From an uncultured Actinomycetota bacterium (GTDB taxonomy: Bacteria; Actinomycetota; Actinomycetes; Propionibacteriales; Propionibacteriaceae), in NCBI GenBank assembly GCA_963697765.1, contig CAVOPC010000003.1, positions 230,775-294,774 on the forward strand: a stretch of DNA of 64,000 bases. The letters run 5' to 3'. Each line of letters starts with the position of its first letter. Position 1 is the stretch's first letter. The position numbers and the translations under genes were made by a program. The notes beneath the pieces are model-generated. The model was not told the DNA's origin and did no database searches. It saw nothing but the letters and a program-made list of their open reading frames with translations. This document shows positions 42,641-51,882 of this stretch, piece after piece.

Positions 42641-43615
42641 TTAGACCGTCTGGTGATTCGTATCCGGAACGACGACAACCTTGCCCCGGGCCCGGCCCTG
42701 TCCGACATGGGCCAGCGCGGCGGGAACCTCGTCGAGGGAAAAGTTGCGGTCGATGTGGATCGTGATATCGCCGCTGACGCAGAGTTGCGCCATGGGCTCG
42801 AAGTGGGCTGGACCCGCGTGCACAACAAGCACCCCCATCGATTTACCGTTCAGGGCACCAACGAGTCTGCCGATGGTTGCCACGCGAAGCAACGCATGCA
42901 CCGAGCCACCCACGCTGCGATATCTGCCGCCGGCTTTCAGCGCACGCCGCAAGGCGAACACTGATCTGTGCGCGACCAGATCGAGGATGAAGTCGTACGG
43001 CTGCGCCGTCCGGGTGAAGTCGTCGAGACGGTAATCCACTACCTCGTCAGCGCCCACCATTCGCATGAAGTCCTGCTTGGTGGCGTTGTCGACACCCGTC
43101 ACGTGAGCACCCAGTCGCTTCGCCAGTTGAATGGCGAACGCTCCTGACCCTCCCCCAGCGCCATTGATCAGGACCCGACTGCCGCCCACCACGCTCTGCA
43201 TGCCTTGCAACGCAATCTGCCCCGCCTGCGGGATGGTGGACGCCTCGGCGAACGTGAGTTGGACCGGCTTGAGGGCCAGCGTGGACTCCGGGGCCAGCGC
43301 GTACTCGGCAAACCCGCCCATCATCGCGAGGTTGTCGCCGTACACCTCATCGCCGGGACGAAACCGCGTGACCCCCTCACCCACCTCGTCGACCACTCCG
43401 GCGATGTCCGAACCGAGAGTGCGATGAGCGGGGCGGCGCAATCCGCCGATGCGGGCGTACGCCGGCGATCCGCGCAGCCCCTCCCAGTCACTGAGGTTGA
43501 CCGAGGTGGCAGCGACCTTGACCCGCACCTGGCCGGTGGCCGGTGCCGGAATCGGCACGTCCTCGACTCGCAGCACATCGGGCGCCCCGTACCGCTCGTA
43601 GACGACCGCCTTCAC
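42641..43615 (-). CDS. NADPH:quinone reductase-like medium-chain dehydrogenase/reductase
   Basis: VKAVVYERYGAPDVLRVEDVPIPAP..., with the Rossmann motif VLINGAGGGSGAFAIQLAKRLGAHVTG. A GTG start at 43615 is favoured over ATG 43639. Confidence 0.82.
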   Translation of the reverse strand: MKAVVYERYGAPDVLRVEDVPIPAPATGQVRVKVAATSVNLSDWEGLRGSPAYARIGGLRRPAHRTLGSDIAGVVDEVGEGVTRFRPGDEVYGDNLAMMGGFAEYALAPESTLALKPVQLTFAEASTIPQAGQIALQGMQSVVGGSRVLINGAGGGSGAFAIQLAKRLGAHVTGVDNATKQDFMRMVGADEVVDYRLDDFTRTAQPYDFILDLVAHRSVFALRRALKAGGRYRSVGGSVHALLRVATIGRLVGALNGKSMGVLVVHAGPAHFEPMAQLCVSGDITIHIDRNFSLDEVPAALAHVGQGRARGKVVVVPDTNHQTV

Positions 43616-43668
43616 ACCCAACCCCGCCGCGCGGCACATCGGCCCATGGACGGCAACCTAGCAAAGGC

Positions 43669-43724
43669 CTGGCAGGCGTCCGGACCCCTGGGCCTCGACA
43701 CACCACCAGGGTTCCGCCTGCCGG
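43669..43724 (-). other. Extended imperfect hairpin in the 314-nt gap between the ANTAR gene and the downstream reductase gene
   Basis: On the plus strand, CTGGCAGGCG..GACCCCTGG / 14-nt loop / CCAGGGTTC CGCCTGCCGG gives two helices of about 9 bp each, each with one mismatch. It lies about 50-110 nt upstream of the reductase start, on the same strand as both genes. Confidence 0.4.
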
Positions 43725-43953
43725 GTGCCGCCCAACAATCAACAAGCGATCGACCGGTCTCACCAAAAGATACGCGTCATACCCGCAGGGGTTAACACCC
43801 CCGGGACCCTGTGCCCGGCTTGGCCGGGGCGTGTCGCCCCCACCGCAGGTACCAAGAGCCGGTTTGATTGACCGGATCCGGGACCGGACGTTGGTCGTCT
43901 GCTCGGGCTGGAATCTGCTTGATGTCCGATCTCGACTGGTTCGAGGCCGTCAA

Positions 43954-44991
43954 CTACCCGGGCAGCTCACCGCTTTCGGTGAGCTTGTGGGCCACCTCGC
44001 GCAACTTGATGTTGAGCTGTTGCGACGTTCGGCGAAGGATGTCGAAAGCGTCCTCTGGGGTCACCAGCAGCCGCTCCATCAGGATGCCTTTCGCTTGGCC
44101 GATCACCTCGCGGGCCAGCAGGGCCTCCTGCAGGTTGCGGCCAGCGGCCTCGAGCCTGCTGCGTTCGTCGACCGCCCGGGCTGCGACCGACGCGTGAGCC
44201 GCCAGGACCAGCCCGATCTCGAGGGCGCTTTCGTCGAAGGCTTCCGGACGGGTGCCGTAGGAGTTCAGGGACCCGGCGGCCGATTCGGCTCCGTTTTCGC
44301 TGGCGGTCAGTCGATAGGACAGCACAGACTGCACACCGGATTCGGTTGGACGTGCCGCCAACAGCGGCCACCGTCGGTCGGGGAAGGCCTCGGCATACAC
44401 CACGCACTGCCCCAAGGCGTCCAGACACGGGCCCTCCTCGACGTCGTACTGCGCCTGGTCTACCGCGGTGGCGGCGGTGTGCGTGGACGCCGCGGTGCGA
44501 TACCCGCTCTGGTCGGGAACGGTGACGCTGGCCATCCCGCAACCGGCGATCGTCGACACCGCCGCCTCGGCGATCCTGCCAAGCACGTCGTCGTAGCTGT
44601 CCGCGGCGTAGAGCTGGGCGGCGATTTGGGCAAACGCCAACGCCAACATGGTCGGAGACGCGTCGGCCAGCCTGCGGTTTCCCTCTTCGACGCGGTTCTC
44701 GGTCGCCAGCTCACGCCGACGCCGAGCTTCAAGCCGGTTCACTACCGCCTGCTTCCTGCGGGCTGCAGCATCGATCCGCTTCACCGCCACGGCACTGTCC
44801 GTGGGATCTTCCGCTGAGCCGACCAGCAATTGCCGCTCCCGGTCGTCCAGCTCGGCCTCCCGGGCGTCGGCCGTCGACTCCCGCTCGTCAGCCAGCCGGT
44901 CCCGCTCATCGGCAGCGATTTCTCGTTCGTCCGCCACGAAGTCACGCTTGTCCGCGGCCCAGGTCCGCTCATCACCAACCTCGCCAAGCAT
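43954..44991 (-). CDS. GAF + ANTAR domain RNA-binding regulator with an N-terminal acidic heptad-repeat segment
   Basis: The C-terminus has ANTAR motifs (LLAREVIGQAKGILMERLLVTPEDAFDILRRTSQQLNIKLREVA) and the centre is a GAF-like domain. The N-terminus has seven ER-x3-AD heptads (aa 8-56). Confidence 0.85.
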   Translation of the reverse strand: MLGEVGDERTWAADKRDFVADEREIAADERDRLADERESTADAREAELDDRERQLLVGSAEDPTDSAVAVKRIDAAARRKQAVVNRLEARRRRELATENRVEEGNRRLADASPTMLALAFAQIAAQLYAADSYDDVLGRIAEAAVSTIAGCGMASVTVPDQSGYRTAASTHTAATAVDQAQYDVEEGPCLDALGQCVVYAEAFPDRRWPLLAARPTESGVQSVLSYRLTASENGAESAAGSLNSYGTRPEAFDESALEIGLVLAAHASVAARAVDERSRLEAAGRNLQEALLAREVIGQAKGILMERLLVTPEDAFDILRRTSQQLNIKLREVAHKLTESGELPG

Positions 44992-45134
44992 GATTGCCCC
45001 TTCCTCTGAGAGCGACAGGCGCCACCATCACGCTACGCGGGTGATGCCCCTATGGGGTCAAATCCGTTCGGAGTCAGAAACCCGGGCGGGTCGGACCGCG
45101 GCCATGAACCGCCGAGGGAGACCGGCTCATGGGT

Positions 45135-45169
45135 GGGCTCGCCGGCTGCCATGTTGAACCGGCGAGCCC
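45135..45169. other. Perfect 11-bp GC-rich stem-loop in the 468-nt TetR / ANTAR intergenic region
   Basis: GGGCTCGCCGG / ctgccatgttgaa / CCGGCGAGCCC. There is no flanking U/T tract on either strand. Confidence 0.5.
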
Positions 45170-45459
45170 TTGACGGCCAGCCGCCCTAGGAACAGCCAGC
45201 CATCCACCAGGCACGTTACCCACAACGAGATGACGCAATCGGAACCAGGAATGCTCTAGAAAGACTTATACCGGGGTCGCCTTGAATGGCCGGCGCCCGT
45301 GCGGCCGGACGAAGCTCGGCCAAGCGCCAGCTCGAAGTCCCACCCGTCGCTGTTTGCTGCAGGTTCGCCCACGGACCTTCCGGGAGACGTCATCGGCGTC
45401 GGTACAGGTTCCGCTGGGGAACCATTTCGTCATTCACGGATTGCAGGGGCTCGCTTGGC

Positions 45460-46173
45460 TCAGCCGTTGGGGTGCCTGGTATGGAGGCCCGTGATGAGGG
45501 TTGCGAGTGCTTCTTGGGTGTCGATCTCCATGCCGTTTGGTAGTCCCTGGATGCTCGGTTCTCGGTTCATGGCTTCGCTGAGGGCTGGGGAGGGGTGTGC
45601 AAGGGCCCAGTTTCCGGTGACGATGGCGTGCAGGCTGCCAAGGAAGATGCCTTGGCGATGGCTGTCCCATGGGCCGAGTTGCGTGTTGAGGCTGGCGAGG
45701 AGTTGGCGCATCGAGGATTGGACGGCGAGCTTGAAGCCGATCACTTCCTCTGGGGTGACGTTGTGTTCGAGCACCGTGGGGGCTGCGGTGAGCAGTTCGC
45801 AGAGGAGGGGTCGTGCGGCGGCGGTGGTGGCGAGGACGCCTGCGGCGCGTTCGATGGGGTCAGGGTTCGATCCGAACGGCATCTCGGCTGTGACCTCATC
45901 GACCCAGGCGTCGTATTCCTGGGCGAGCAGGACCAGGAGGATGGCTTCTCGCGAACCGAAATAACGCAGCACGTTGGATTTGGCGAGCCCGACCTGGCGC
46001 GCGATCTCGTTGAGGCTGATGTCAGCGACCCGGCGGCCGGTGAGCATCACTCGGGTAGTAGCGAGGATGTCCTGGCGGCGTAGATCGCGTTGCTGGTGGG
46101 TGCGTGCTCGCTGGAACGGCTCGCTCACGGTGTCCTCCGCTTGATGTAGAGACCGGTGGTCTGTTATCGTCAT
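45460..46173 (-). CDS. TetR/AcrR family transcriptional regulator
   Basis: The HTH is RRQDILATTRVMLTGRRVADISLNEIARQVGLAKSNVLRYFGSREAI. 237 aa. It is divergent from the SDR gene. Confidence 0.88.
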   Translation of the reverse strand: MTITDHRSLHQAEDTVSEPFQRARTHQQRDLRRQDILATTRVMLTGRRVADISLNEIARQVGLAKSNVLRYFGSREAILLVLLAQEYDAWVDEVTAEMPFGSNPDPIERAAGVLATTAAARPLLCELLTAAPTVLEHNVTPEEVIGFKLAVQSSMRQLLASLNTQLGPWDSHRQGIFLGSLHAIVTGNWALAHPSPALSEAMNREPSIQGLPNGMEIDTQEALATLITGLHTRHPNG

Positions 46174-46196
46174 GGTAGCAAACAGACCGTCGGTCT
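46150..46196. promoter_or_regulatory. Pair of palindromic sites AGACC-N3-GGTCT, themselves arranged as an inverted pair
   Basis: AGACCGGTGGTCTGTT (46150-65) and AACAGACCGTCGGTCT (46181-96). Each core is palindromic, and the flanks GTT/AAC mirror each other. The sites span the tetR start and the divergent SDR promoter region. Confidence 0.6.
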
Positions 46197-46212
46197 TTTA
46201 CTTGGAGGATGG

Positions 46213-47028
46213 ATGAGAGAGATTGTTGTTGTCATTGGGGCCGGGTCGATGGGCCAGGCGATCGCGCGGCGCGTCGGTGCCGGTCGCACCGTTCTGCTGG
46301 CCGACCTTCGACAGGAGGCGGCTGAGGCTGCGGCTTCGGTCCTGGCAGATGCCGGCTACACCACGGCCACAGCCCTGGTCGACGTTGCCGACGGCGACTC
46401 GGTGGCGGCCCTGGCCGTACGGGCCGCCGGCCTGGGGGCGGTGACCCACGTCATTCACACCGCCGGGCTGTCCCCGTCACAAGCATCAGCCGAGGCGATC
46501 ATCGCCGTCGACCTGGTCGGGACCGGGTTCGTGTTGGAGGAGTTCGGCAAGATCGTCGCGCCCGGTGGGGCGGGCATGGTGATCGCCAGCCAGGCCGGCC
46601 ACATGATCCCGGCACTGCCTGCCGACCAGCACCAGGCACTGTCACGGGTCCCGGCACGCGAACTGGCCGCGCTGCCGTTCCTGCAGGGCCTGCCCAACTC
46701 CGGTGCGGCGTACACGATCGCCAAGCGGGCCAACGTGCTCCGCGTCCAGGCCGCCGCGATCGAGTGGGGCGACCGGGGGGCACGGGTGAACGCTCTCAGC
46801 CCCGGCATCATCATGACCCCACTCGCCCGCGACGAACTGGCAGGCCCCAACGCCGAGGGCTACCAGGAAATGATCGCCGCATCGGTCGCCAAGCGGGTCG
46901 GCACGCCCGACGAGGTCGCAGAAGCCGCCGCGTTCCTGATGGGAGCCACATTCGTCACCGGCACCGACCTGCTGATCGACGGCGGCGTGATCGCCTCCAT
47001 GGCCGCGGGCCGCTACCCAACGAGATGA
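46213..47028 (+). CDS. SDR family oxidoreductase
   Basis: ATG 46213 (MREIVVVIGAGSMGQAIARRV), followed by YTIAKRA (YxxxK) and the C-terminal FVTGTDLLIDGG. Confidence 0.85.
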   Translation: MREIVVVIGAGSMGQAIARRVGAGRTVLLADLRQEAAEAAASVLADAGYTTATALVDVADGDSVAALAVRAAGLGAVTHVIHTAGLSPSQASAEAIIAVDLVGTGFVLEEFGKIVAPGGAGMVIASQAGHMIPALPADQHQALSRVPARELAALPFLQGLPNSGAAYTIAKRANVLRVQAAAIEWGDRGARVNALSPGIIMTPLARDELAGPNAEGYQEMIAASVAKRVGTPDEVAEAAAFLMGATFVTGTDLLIDGGVIASMAAGRYPTR

Positions 47029-47219
47029 ACAGAAGGCCAAACGCCATGCACACCGTCACTGTGAACAACGGCGTCAAGATGCCCATCCTCGGCTTCACGT
47101 CGTCCGTGGGTGAACGGGAGCCGAGGGCAGGTCCCGGCAGTGACCGGGTTGGACGAGGCCGCCCCGGTCCTGGGGGTCTCACCGGAGGGGTGCAGGCCCG
47201 GCCGGGTCAGGTCCGGTGC

Positions 47220-48188
47220 TCAGAATGACCGGGGGATGTGCGGGGTGTAGTGCTCCTCAAGCTGGGTGATCTCCTCGTCGGTGAGCTTCACATCGAGCGC
47301 AGCGACGGCGTCGTCGAGGTGGTGGGTCTTGGTGGCGCCGACGATGGGCGCGGTGATCGCGGGGTTCTTCAGCACCCAGCTCAGCGCGACCTGCGCCATC
47401 GGGATGCCTCTGGCTTCGGCGATCTTCTGCACGGCGCCCACGATCGGGGCGTCTGCGTCCTGGTCGTAGCGGCGGCCGACGGGGTCGACGTCCATCCGGG
47501 CGGTGTGTTCCCCCCAGGGACGGCACACCCGGCCCTTGGCGAGCGGAGAGAACGGGATCGAGCCGACGCCCTGATCGGCGAGCAGGCCGAACATCTCCCG
47601 CTCCTCCTCCCGCATGACCAGGTTGTACTCGTCCTGCATCGACACGAACCGGGTCCAGCCGTTCAGGGTGGCGGTGTACTGCATCTTGGAGAACTGCCAG
47701 GCCCACATTGCCGACGCCCCGAGGTAGCGGGCCTTGCCGGCCTTGACCACGTCGTGGAGCGCCTCCATGGTCTCCTCCACCGGGGTGTTCGGGTCGAACC
47801 GGTGGATCTGGTAGAGGTCGACGTAGTCGGTGCCGAGCCGGGTCAGGCTGGCGTCGATGTTCTCCATGATCGCCTTGCGCGACAGCCCTTGCCCACCCGG
47901 CCCGTCGTGCATCTTGAAGTGCACCTTGGTGGCCAGCACGATGTCCTCGCGGCGGGCGAAGGTCTTGATCGCCCGGCCGGTGATCTTCTCAGACGAGCCG
48001 AGGCTATATACGTTGGCGGTGTCCCAGAAGGTGATGCCCAGCTCGACGGCCTGCCGGAAGAACGGCTGGGAGTCCTCCTCGCCGAGCGCCCACTGACTGA
48101 AGCCGCTGGTGTTGTCGCCGAAGCTCATACAGCCCAGCGCGATGCGGCTGACCTTCAGGCCGGAGCGGCCCAGGCGCGTGTACTCCAT
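47220..48188 (-). CDS. Aldo/keto reductase
   Basis: ATG 48188 (MEYTRLGRSGLKVSRIALGCMSFG) follows AAGGAG. Further motifs are FWDTANVYS, LYQIHRFD and GASAMWAW. Confidence 0.9.
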   Translation of the reverse strand: MEYTRLGRSGLKVSRIALGCMSFGDNTSGFSQWALGEEDSQPFFRQAVELGITFWDTANVYSLGSSEKITGRAIKTFARREDIVLATKVHFKMHDGPGGQGLSRKAIMENIDASLTRLGTDYVDLYQIHRFDPNTPVEETMEALHDVVKAGKARYLGASAMWAWQFSKMQYTATLNGWTRFVSMQDEYNLVMREEEREMFGLLADQGVGSIPFSPLAKGRVCRPWGEHTARMDVDPVGRRYDQDADAPIVGAVQKIAEARGIPMAQVALSWVLKNPAITAPIVGATKTHHLDDAVAALDVKLTDEEITQLEEHYTPHIPRSF

Positions 48189-48189
48189 C

Positions 48190-48600
48190 TCAAATCTCCT
48201 TCGTTGCCGCGTCATAGTCGGCATCGTCGACGTGTTCCTGCCAAGTGACCGCCTCCTGGCCCTCGGCCAGTTCGACGACACCGCTCATGGCCAGGTGGGC
48301 CATGAAGTTCTCAGGAGCGGCGCCGTGCCAGTGCCGTTGGTTGGGTGGCGTCCACACCGTCACCCCCGGGCGCAGCACGATCACCTCCTCCGCGGTCACC
48401 ACCACACCGACACCCTCCAGGCAATGCAGCATCTGCCCGGCGGCGTGGGAGTGCCAGGCCGTGTGGGCGCCCGGGGTGAAGTGGACCGCCCCGACACTGA
48501 AGCCGGCATCAGGGTTGGCAACGACCATGTCGACGTAGACGTCACCGGTGAAGCGATCGGCCGGTCCCTTGCTGGTCGGCGGCTTGGGTTGTTCCTGCAT
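48190..48600 (-). CDS. Cupin domain-containing protein
   Basis: 136 aa. FTPGAHTAWHSHAAGQMLHCLEGVGVV and WHGAAPENFMAHLA carry the two His-containing cupin motifs. Confidence 0.8.
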   Translation of the reverse strand: MQEQPKPPTSKGPADRFTGDVYVDMVVANPDAGFSVGAVHFTPGAHTAWHSHAAGQMLHCLEGVGVVVTAEEVIVLRPGVTVWTPPNQRHWHGAAPENFMAHLAMSGVVELAEGQEAVTWQEHVDDADYDAATKEI

Positions 48601-48602
48601 GT

Positions 48603-49463
48603 TCAGTCCTTCGTGTGGATGGGTTCGGGGGTGTTGGCCCAGCTGCCCAGCAGGGCGAGGGCTTCGGAGGACGCCGTGTCGGGCTCGGCCACGTAGGCGT
48701 TCAGCCGCAGCCCTGGGTCGGCGGTGAGCTCCATCGACTCGTAGGCCAGGGTGAGGTCACCGACCACGGGGTGGTGGAACAACTTGGTGCCGGTGCGGTG
48801 CTGGCGCACGTCGTGGTTGGCCCACAGGGTGCGGAACAGGTCCGAGCGGGTGGACAGCTCCCCGACCAGCTGTGTCAGGCCCGCGTCGTAGGGGTTCTCG
48901 CCGGCGAGGGTGCGCAACATCGCCGCCGCCTCACCGGCCACCTTGCGCCACTCGATGAAGAACTCCTGCGCGGTGGGATCCAGGAACACGAACCGGGCGA
49001 CGTTCGGACGTCCGGGCATGTCGAAGACCGGCGCATACAGCGCACGGCCCAAGGGGTTCGCTGCAAGCAGATCCATCCGTGCGTTGCGCACGTAGCCGGC
49101 GGTGCCGGTCATGGAGTCGAGGAGCCATTGCACCGGCGGACGGACCGACGCGCGCGTCTGGCGTCCGCTGGTGCCCCGGGTAGAACTGTTGCGGGCCAGG
49201 TCGTGCAGGTGGGCGCGTTCGGCGTCGTCGAGCTGCAAGGCGTTGGCAACGGCCTCGAGTACCGAGTCCGACACGCCGGAGAGGTTGCCCCGCTCGAGGC
49301 GTACGTAGTATTCGACGCTCACGCCCGCCAGCAGCGCCACCTCTTCGCGCCGGAGTCCCTTGACCCGTCGGTTTGCTCCCCAGGCCGGCAGGCCGGCCTT
49401 GTCCGGGGTGATGCGGGACCGTCTCGATGCGAGGAAGTCCCGGACCTCCTGGGTCAGGTCCAT
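48603..49463 (-). CDS. XRE-family HTH regulator with an MmyB-like C-terminal ligand-binding domain
   Basis: ATG 49463 (MDLTQEVRDFLASRRSRITPDKAGLP...GLRREEVALLAGVSVEYYVRLERGN), followed by a ~200-aa C-terminal domain. The upstream 100 aa of the track ORF are shadow. Confidence 0.8.
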   Translation of the reverse strand: MDLTQEVRDFLASRRSRITPDKAGLPAWGANRRVKGLRREEVALLAGVSVEYYVRLERGNLSGVSDSVLEAVANALQLDDAERAHLHDLARNSSTRGTSGRQTRASVRPPVQWLLDSMTGTAGYVRNARMDLLAANPLGRALYAPVFDMPGRPNVARFVFLDPTAQEFFIEWRKVAGEAAAMLRTLAGENPYDAGLTQLVGELSTRSDLFRTLWANHDVRQHRTGTKLFHHPVVGDLTLAYESMELTADPGLRLNAYVAEPDTASSEALALLGSWANTPEPIHTKD

Positions 49464-49465
49464 GG

Positions 49466-50479
49466 TCAGGGCCGCACCAGCGACTTGATCGCGCGCCGCT
49501 CGTCCATCGCGGAATAGGCCTCGGCGATCTCGGACAAGGGCAGGTCGAGGTCGAAGACCAGGCCGGGGTTGATCGTGCGGGCCAGGACGAGCTCGAGCAG
49601 GTGCGGCAGGTAGGTGCGGCAGTGTGCAGGGCCGCCCTTGATCCCGACGTTGCGCCAGAACAGCTGGTCGACCGGCAGTTCGCCATGGGGCACACCGACC
49701 AGGCCGATGTTGCCGCCGTCCCGCACAGAGCCGACGGCCTGCAGCCGGGCCTCCTCGGTGCCGACGCACTCCAGGACGCAGTCGGCGCCGATCCCGTCGG
49801 TGAGCTCCTTGACCTTCGCGATCCCGACCTCATCGCGTTCGGCGATGATGTGAGTCGCTCCGAACTGGGTGGCGACCTTCTGCCGGGACTCGTGCCGACT
49901 CATCGCGATCACCGTCTCCGCGCCGAGCTGGACGGCGGCCAGCACAGCGCACAGACCGACCGCGCCGTCACCGACCACAGCGACACTCTTGCCGGGCCCG
50001 ACTCCGGCGCTGACCGCCGCGTGCCAGCCGGTGCACATCACGTCAGACAACGCGAGGATGCTGGGGATCAGGTCGTCGGCCGGCAGCTCCGGGGTCGCCA
50101 GGAGCGTGCCGTCAGCCCAGGGGATCCGGATCCGGTCGGCCTGGCAGCCGTCGTAGGACGCCTTGTGCAGGCAGTTGGCGTGAGCGCCCTTGAGACACAC
50201 CGGGCAGGTGTTGTCGGCCGGGTTGAACCCGCCGACGACGAAGTCACCCACCTTCACCGAGGTGACCGCATCCCCGACGACCTCGACGACACCGCAGAAC
50301 TCGTGGCCGATCGGTACCGGCTTGTTCACCGAAGAGATCCCCCGGTAGCGCCAGAGGTCCGACCCGCACACACAGGCCGCGACCGTGCGGACGACGGCGT
50401 CGGTCGGCTCGATGATGGTGGGCTCGTCGCGCTCTTCGTAGCGGACGTCCCCTGGTGCATGAATCACGGCTCCGAACAT
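49466..50479 (-). CDS. Zinc-dependent alcohol dehydrogenase (MDR family)
   Basis: 337 aa. Zn-ligand motifs are CVCGSDLWRY and GHEFCGVVEVVGD, and the Rossmann motif is VAVVGDGAVGL. Confidence 0.88.
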   Translation of the reverse strand: MFGAVIHAPGDVRYEERDEPTIIEPTDAVVRTVAACVCGSDLWRYRGISSVNKPVPIGHEFCGVVEVVGDAVTSVKVGDFVVGGFNPADNTCPVCLKGAHANCLHKASYDGCQADRIRIPWADGTLLATPELPADDLIPSILALSDVMCTGWHAAVSAGVGPGKSVAVVGDGAVGLCAVLAAVQLGAETVIAMSRHESRQKVATQFGATHIIAERDEVGIAKVKELTDGIGADCVLECVGTEEARLQAVGSVRDGGNIGLVGVPHGELPVDQLFWRNVGIKGGPAHCRTYLPHLLELVLARTINPGLVFDLDLPLSEIAEAYSAMDERRAIKSLVRP

Positions 50480-50893
50480 GCCCCCAAGCTCACCACACCG
50501 GGGCCGCCGCCGGGAGGTACTGGCATTACCCCCTCACCGGTGGCTCCCTCGCCTTGAAGAAGCCCCGACGAGGCCGACGCAACCATCGCCGCATCCCCTT
50601 ATCGGAAAGGGCGAAGACTCACCGTACCGCCCGTGAGATATGGCAGCGCTGCAGGAAGACCACCCAACCAAGGCAGTCGAGCCCTGTCCGCACAGCAACA
50701 TCCGATTTATGCCGCGGCGTGGACGGTACACCGGGTGACGCTGCGCACCCTTATGTCAGTTGATCGGTTGTACCCGCGCTGCAGTTGGTCGCCTGCCTAG
50801 GCGAGGCCGCCAGGTTTGTCGGCCGAGCCGCCTGGGGCACCAAGGAACTGTTACAGGGCTGGGCATCCTGGCCGAACCGAGTTATGGTCACGC

Positions 50894-51857
50894 ATGGATC
50901 ATCGAAGAACCCCCTCCCTGTTGTTCCGGACGGCTCTGGCCACCGTGCTCGCGGCGCTGCTGGCCCTGATGGTCGTTACTCCCGCCGAAGCAAAAACGCC
51001 GCCCCAGCCGCTGGGACTGCCGAACGGTTTGCGGCCTGAGGGAATCGCTTCAGGGCCGGGTGGCACCTTCTATGTAGGGTCGATGGCAGACGGCCGGGTT
51101 CTTAGCGGCAACCTGAAGGACGGGCAGACCAGGCTGCTGCTGGCCGGCGCCACCGGCCGGCAGATCAGGGGCCTTTTCTTTGACGTGCGGTCCAAATTGC
51201 TCTGGGCCGCCGGCAACGTCGGAACGGTCGCACACGTCTGGGCGGTGCACTCCCGTACCGGTGCGGTGGTCAGCGACACGGTCGTGCCCGGCGCATTGTT
51301 CCTTAACGACCTGGTGGCGACGCCGTCAGCGGTCTGGGTGACCGACTCGCGCCGGGACCGACTGACCCGCATCGCGCTGCGTCGCAATGGTCTGCCCGCC
51401 GGCAGCCAGCCGACGTTCCTTGCCCTGTCCGGGGCGTGGCCCGGATTCGACGGCACCAACATTGCGGCGAACGGCATCCGCTCCTTGTCCGACGGGAGCC
51501 TGGTCCTGAACCACAGCACGTTCGGCGGTCTGTGGCGGATCGACCCCGTCTCGGGCGCGGCCGCTGAAATTGCCAGTCGTCGGTGGCCCCCGCATCGTAG
51601 GAGGCGACGGCTTGGACCGCCGCGGCAACGTGTTGATCAACGTTCGGGGCGGCGGCCCGAACCAGGTTTCGGTCCTGAGGTTGAAGCGTCACTTCGGCGG
51701 GTGGGTGGCTGTCTGGAAGCAGACCCTCACCGATCCCACGCTGGATGTGCCGTCGACGGCGACAATCCGCGGGGACCATGTGTATGCGGTGAATGCGCGG
51801 TTCGGTGTCGCGTCGCCCGAGACCGCTAGTTACTGGGTGACTCGGCTGAAGTTGTGA
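50894..51857 (+). pseudogene. Secreted six-bladed beta-propeller protein (SMP-30/gluconolactonase/LRE-like), interrupted by a frame break near 51566-51572
   Basis: ATG 50894 and a signal peptide (LLFRTALATVLAALLALMVVTPAEA). Frame 2 is sensible up to ...WRIDPVSGAAAE. The C-terminus (PVVGGPRIVGGDGL...HVYAVNARFG...YWVTRLKL) is in frame 0 (track ORF 51570..51857). Deleting one A in gAAAtt joins the two. Confidence 0.6.
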
Positions 51858-51882
51858 GTTGACCGGTTGTCCTCCGTTCGGA

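Noticed and set aside
45000-45460. The upstream region of the ANTAR gene, searched for canonical ANTAR dual-hexaloop targets and for small ORFs (for example a 56-codon MTKWFPSG... ORF).
   Set aside because: I found only one strong hairpin (45135-45169), with a 13-nt loop, and no paired hexaloops. The small ORF has non-coding-like composition.
50480-50893. A 414-nt divergent intergenic region between the ADH operon and the beta-propeller gene, which I considered as a possible riboswitch or sRNA locus.
   Set aside because: I could not recognise any known riboswitch core or a convincing conserved structure by eye. It needs an Rfam/Infernal scan.
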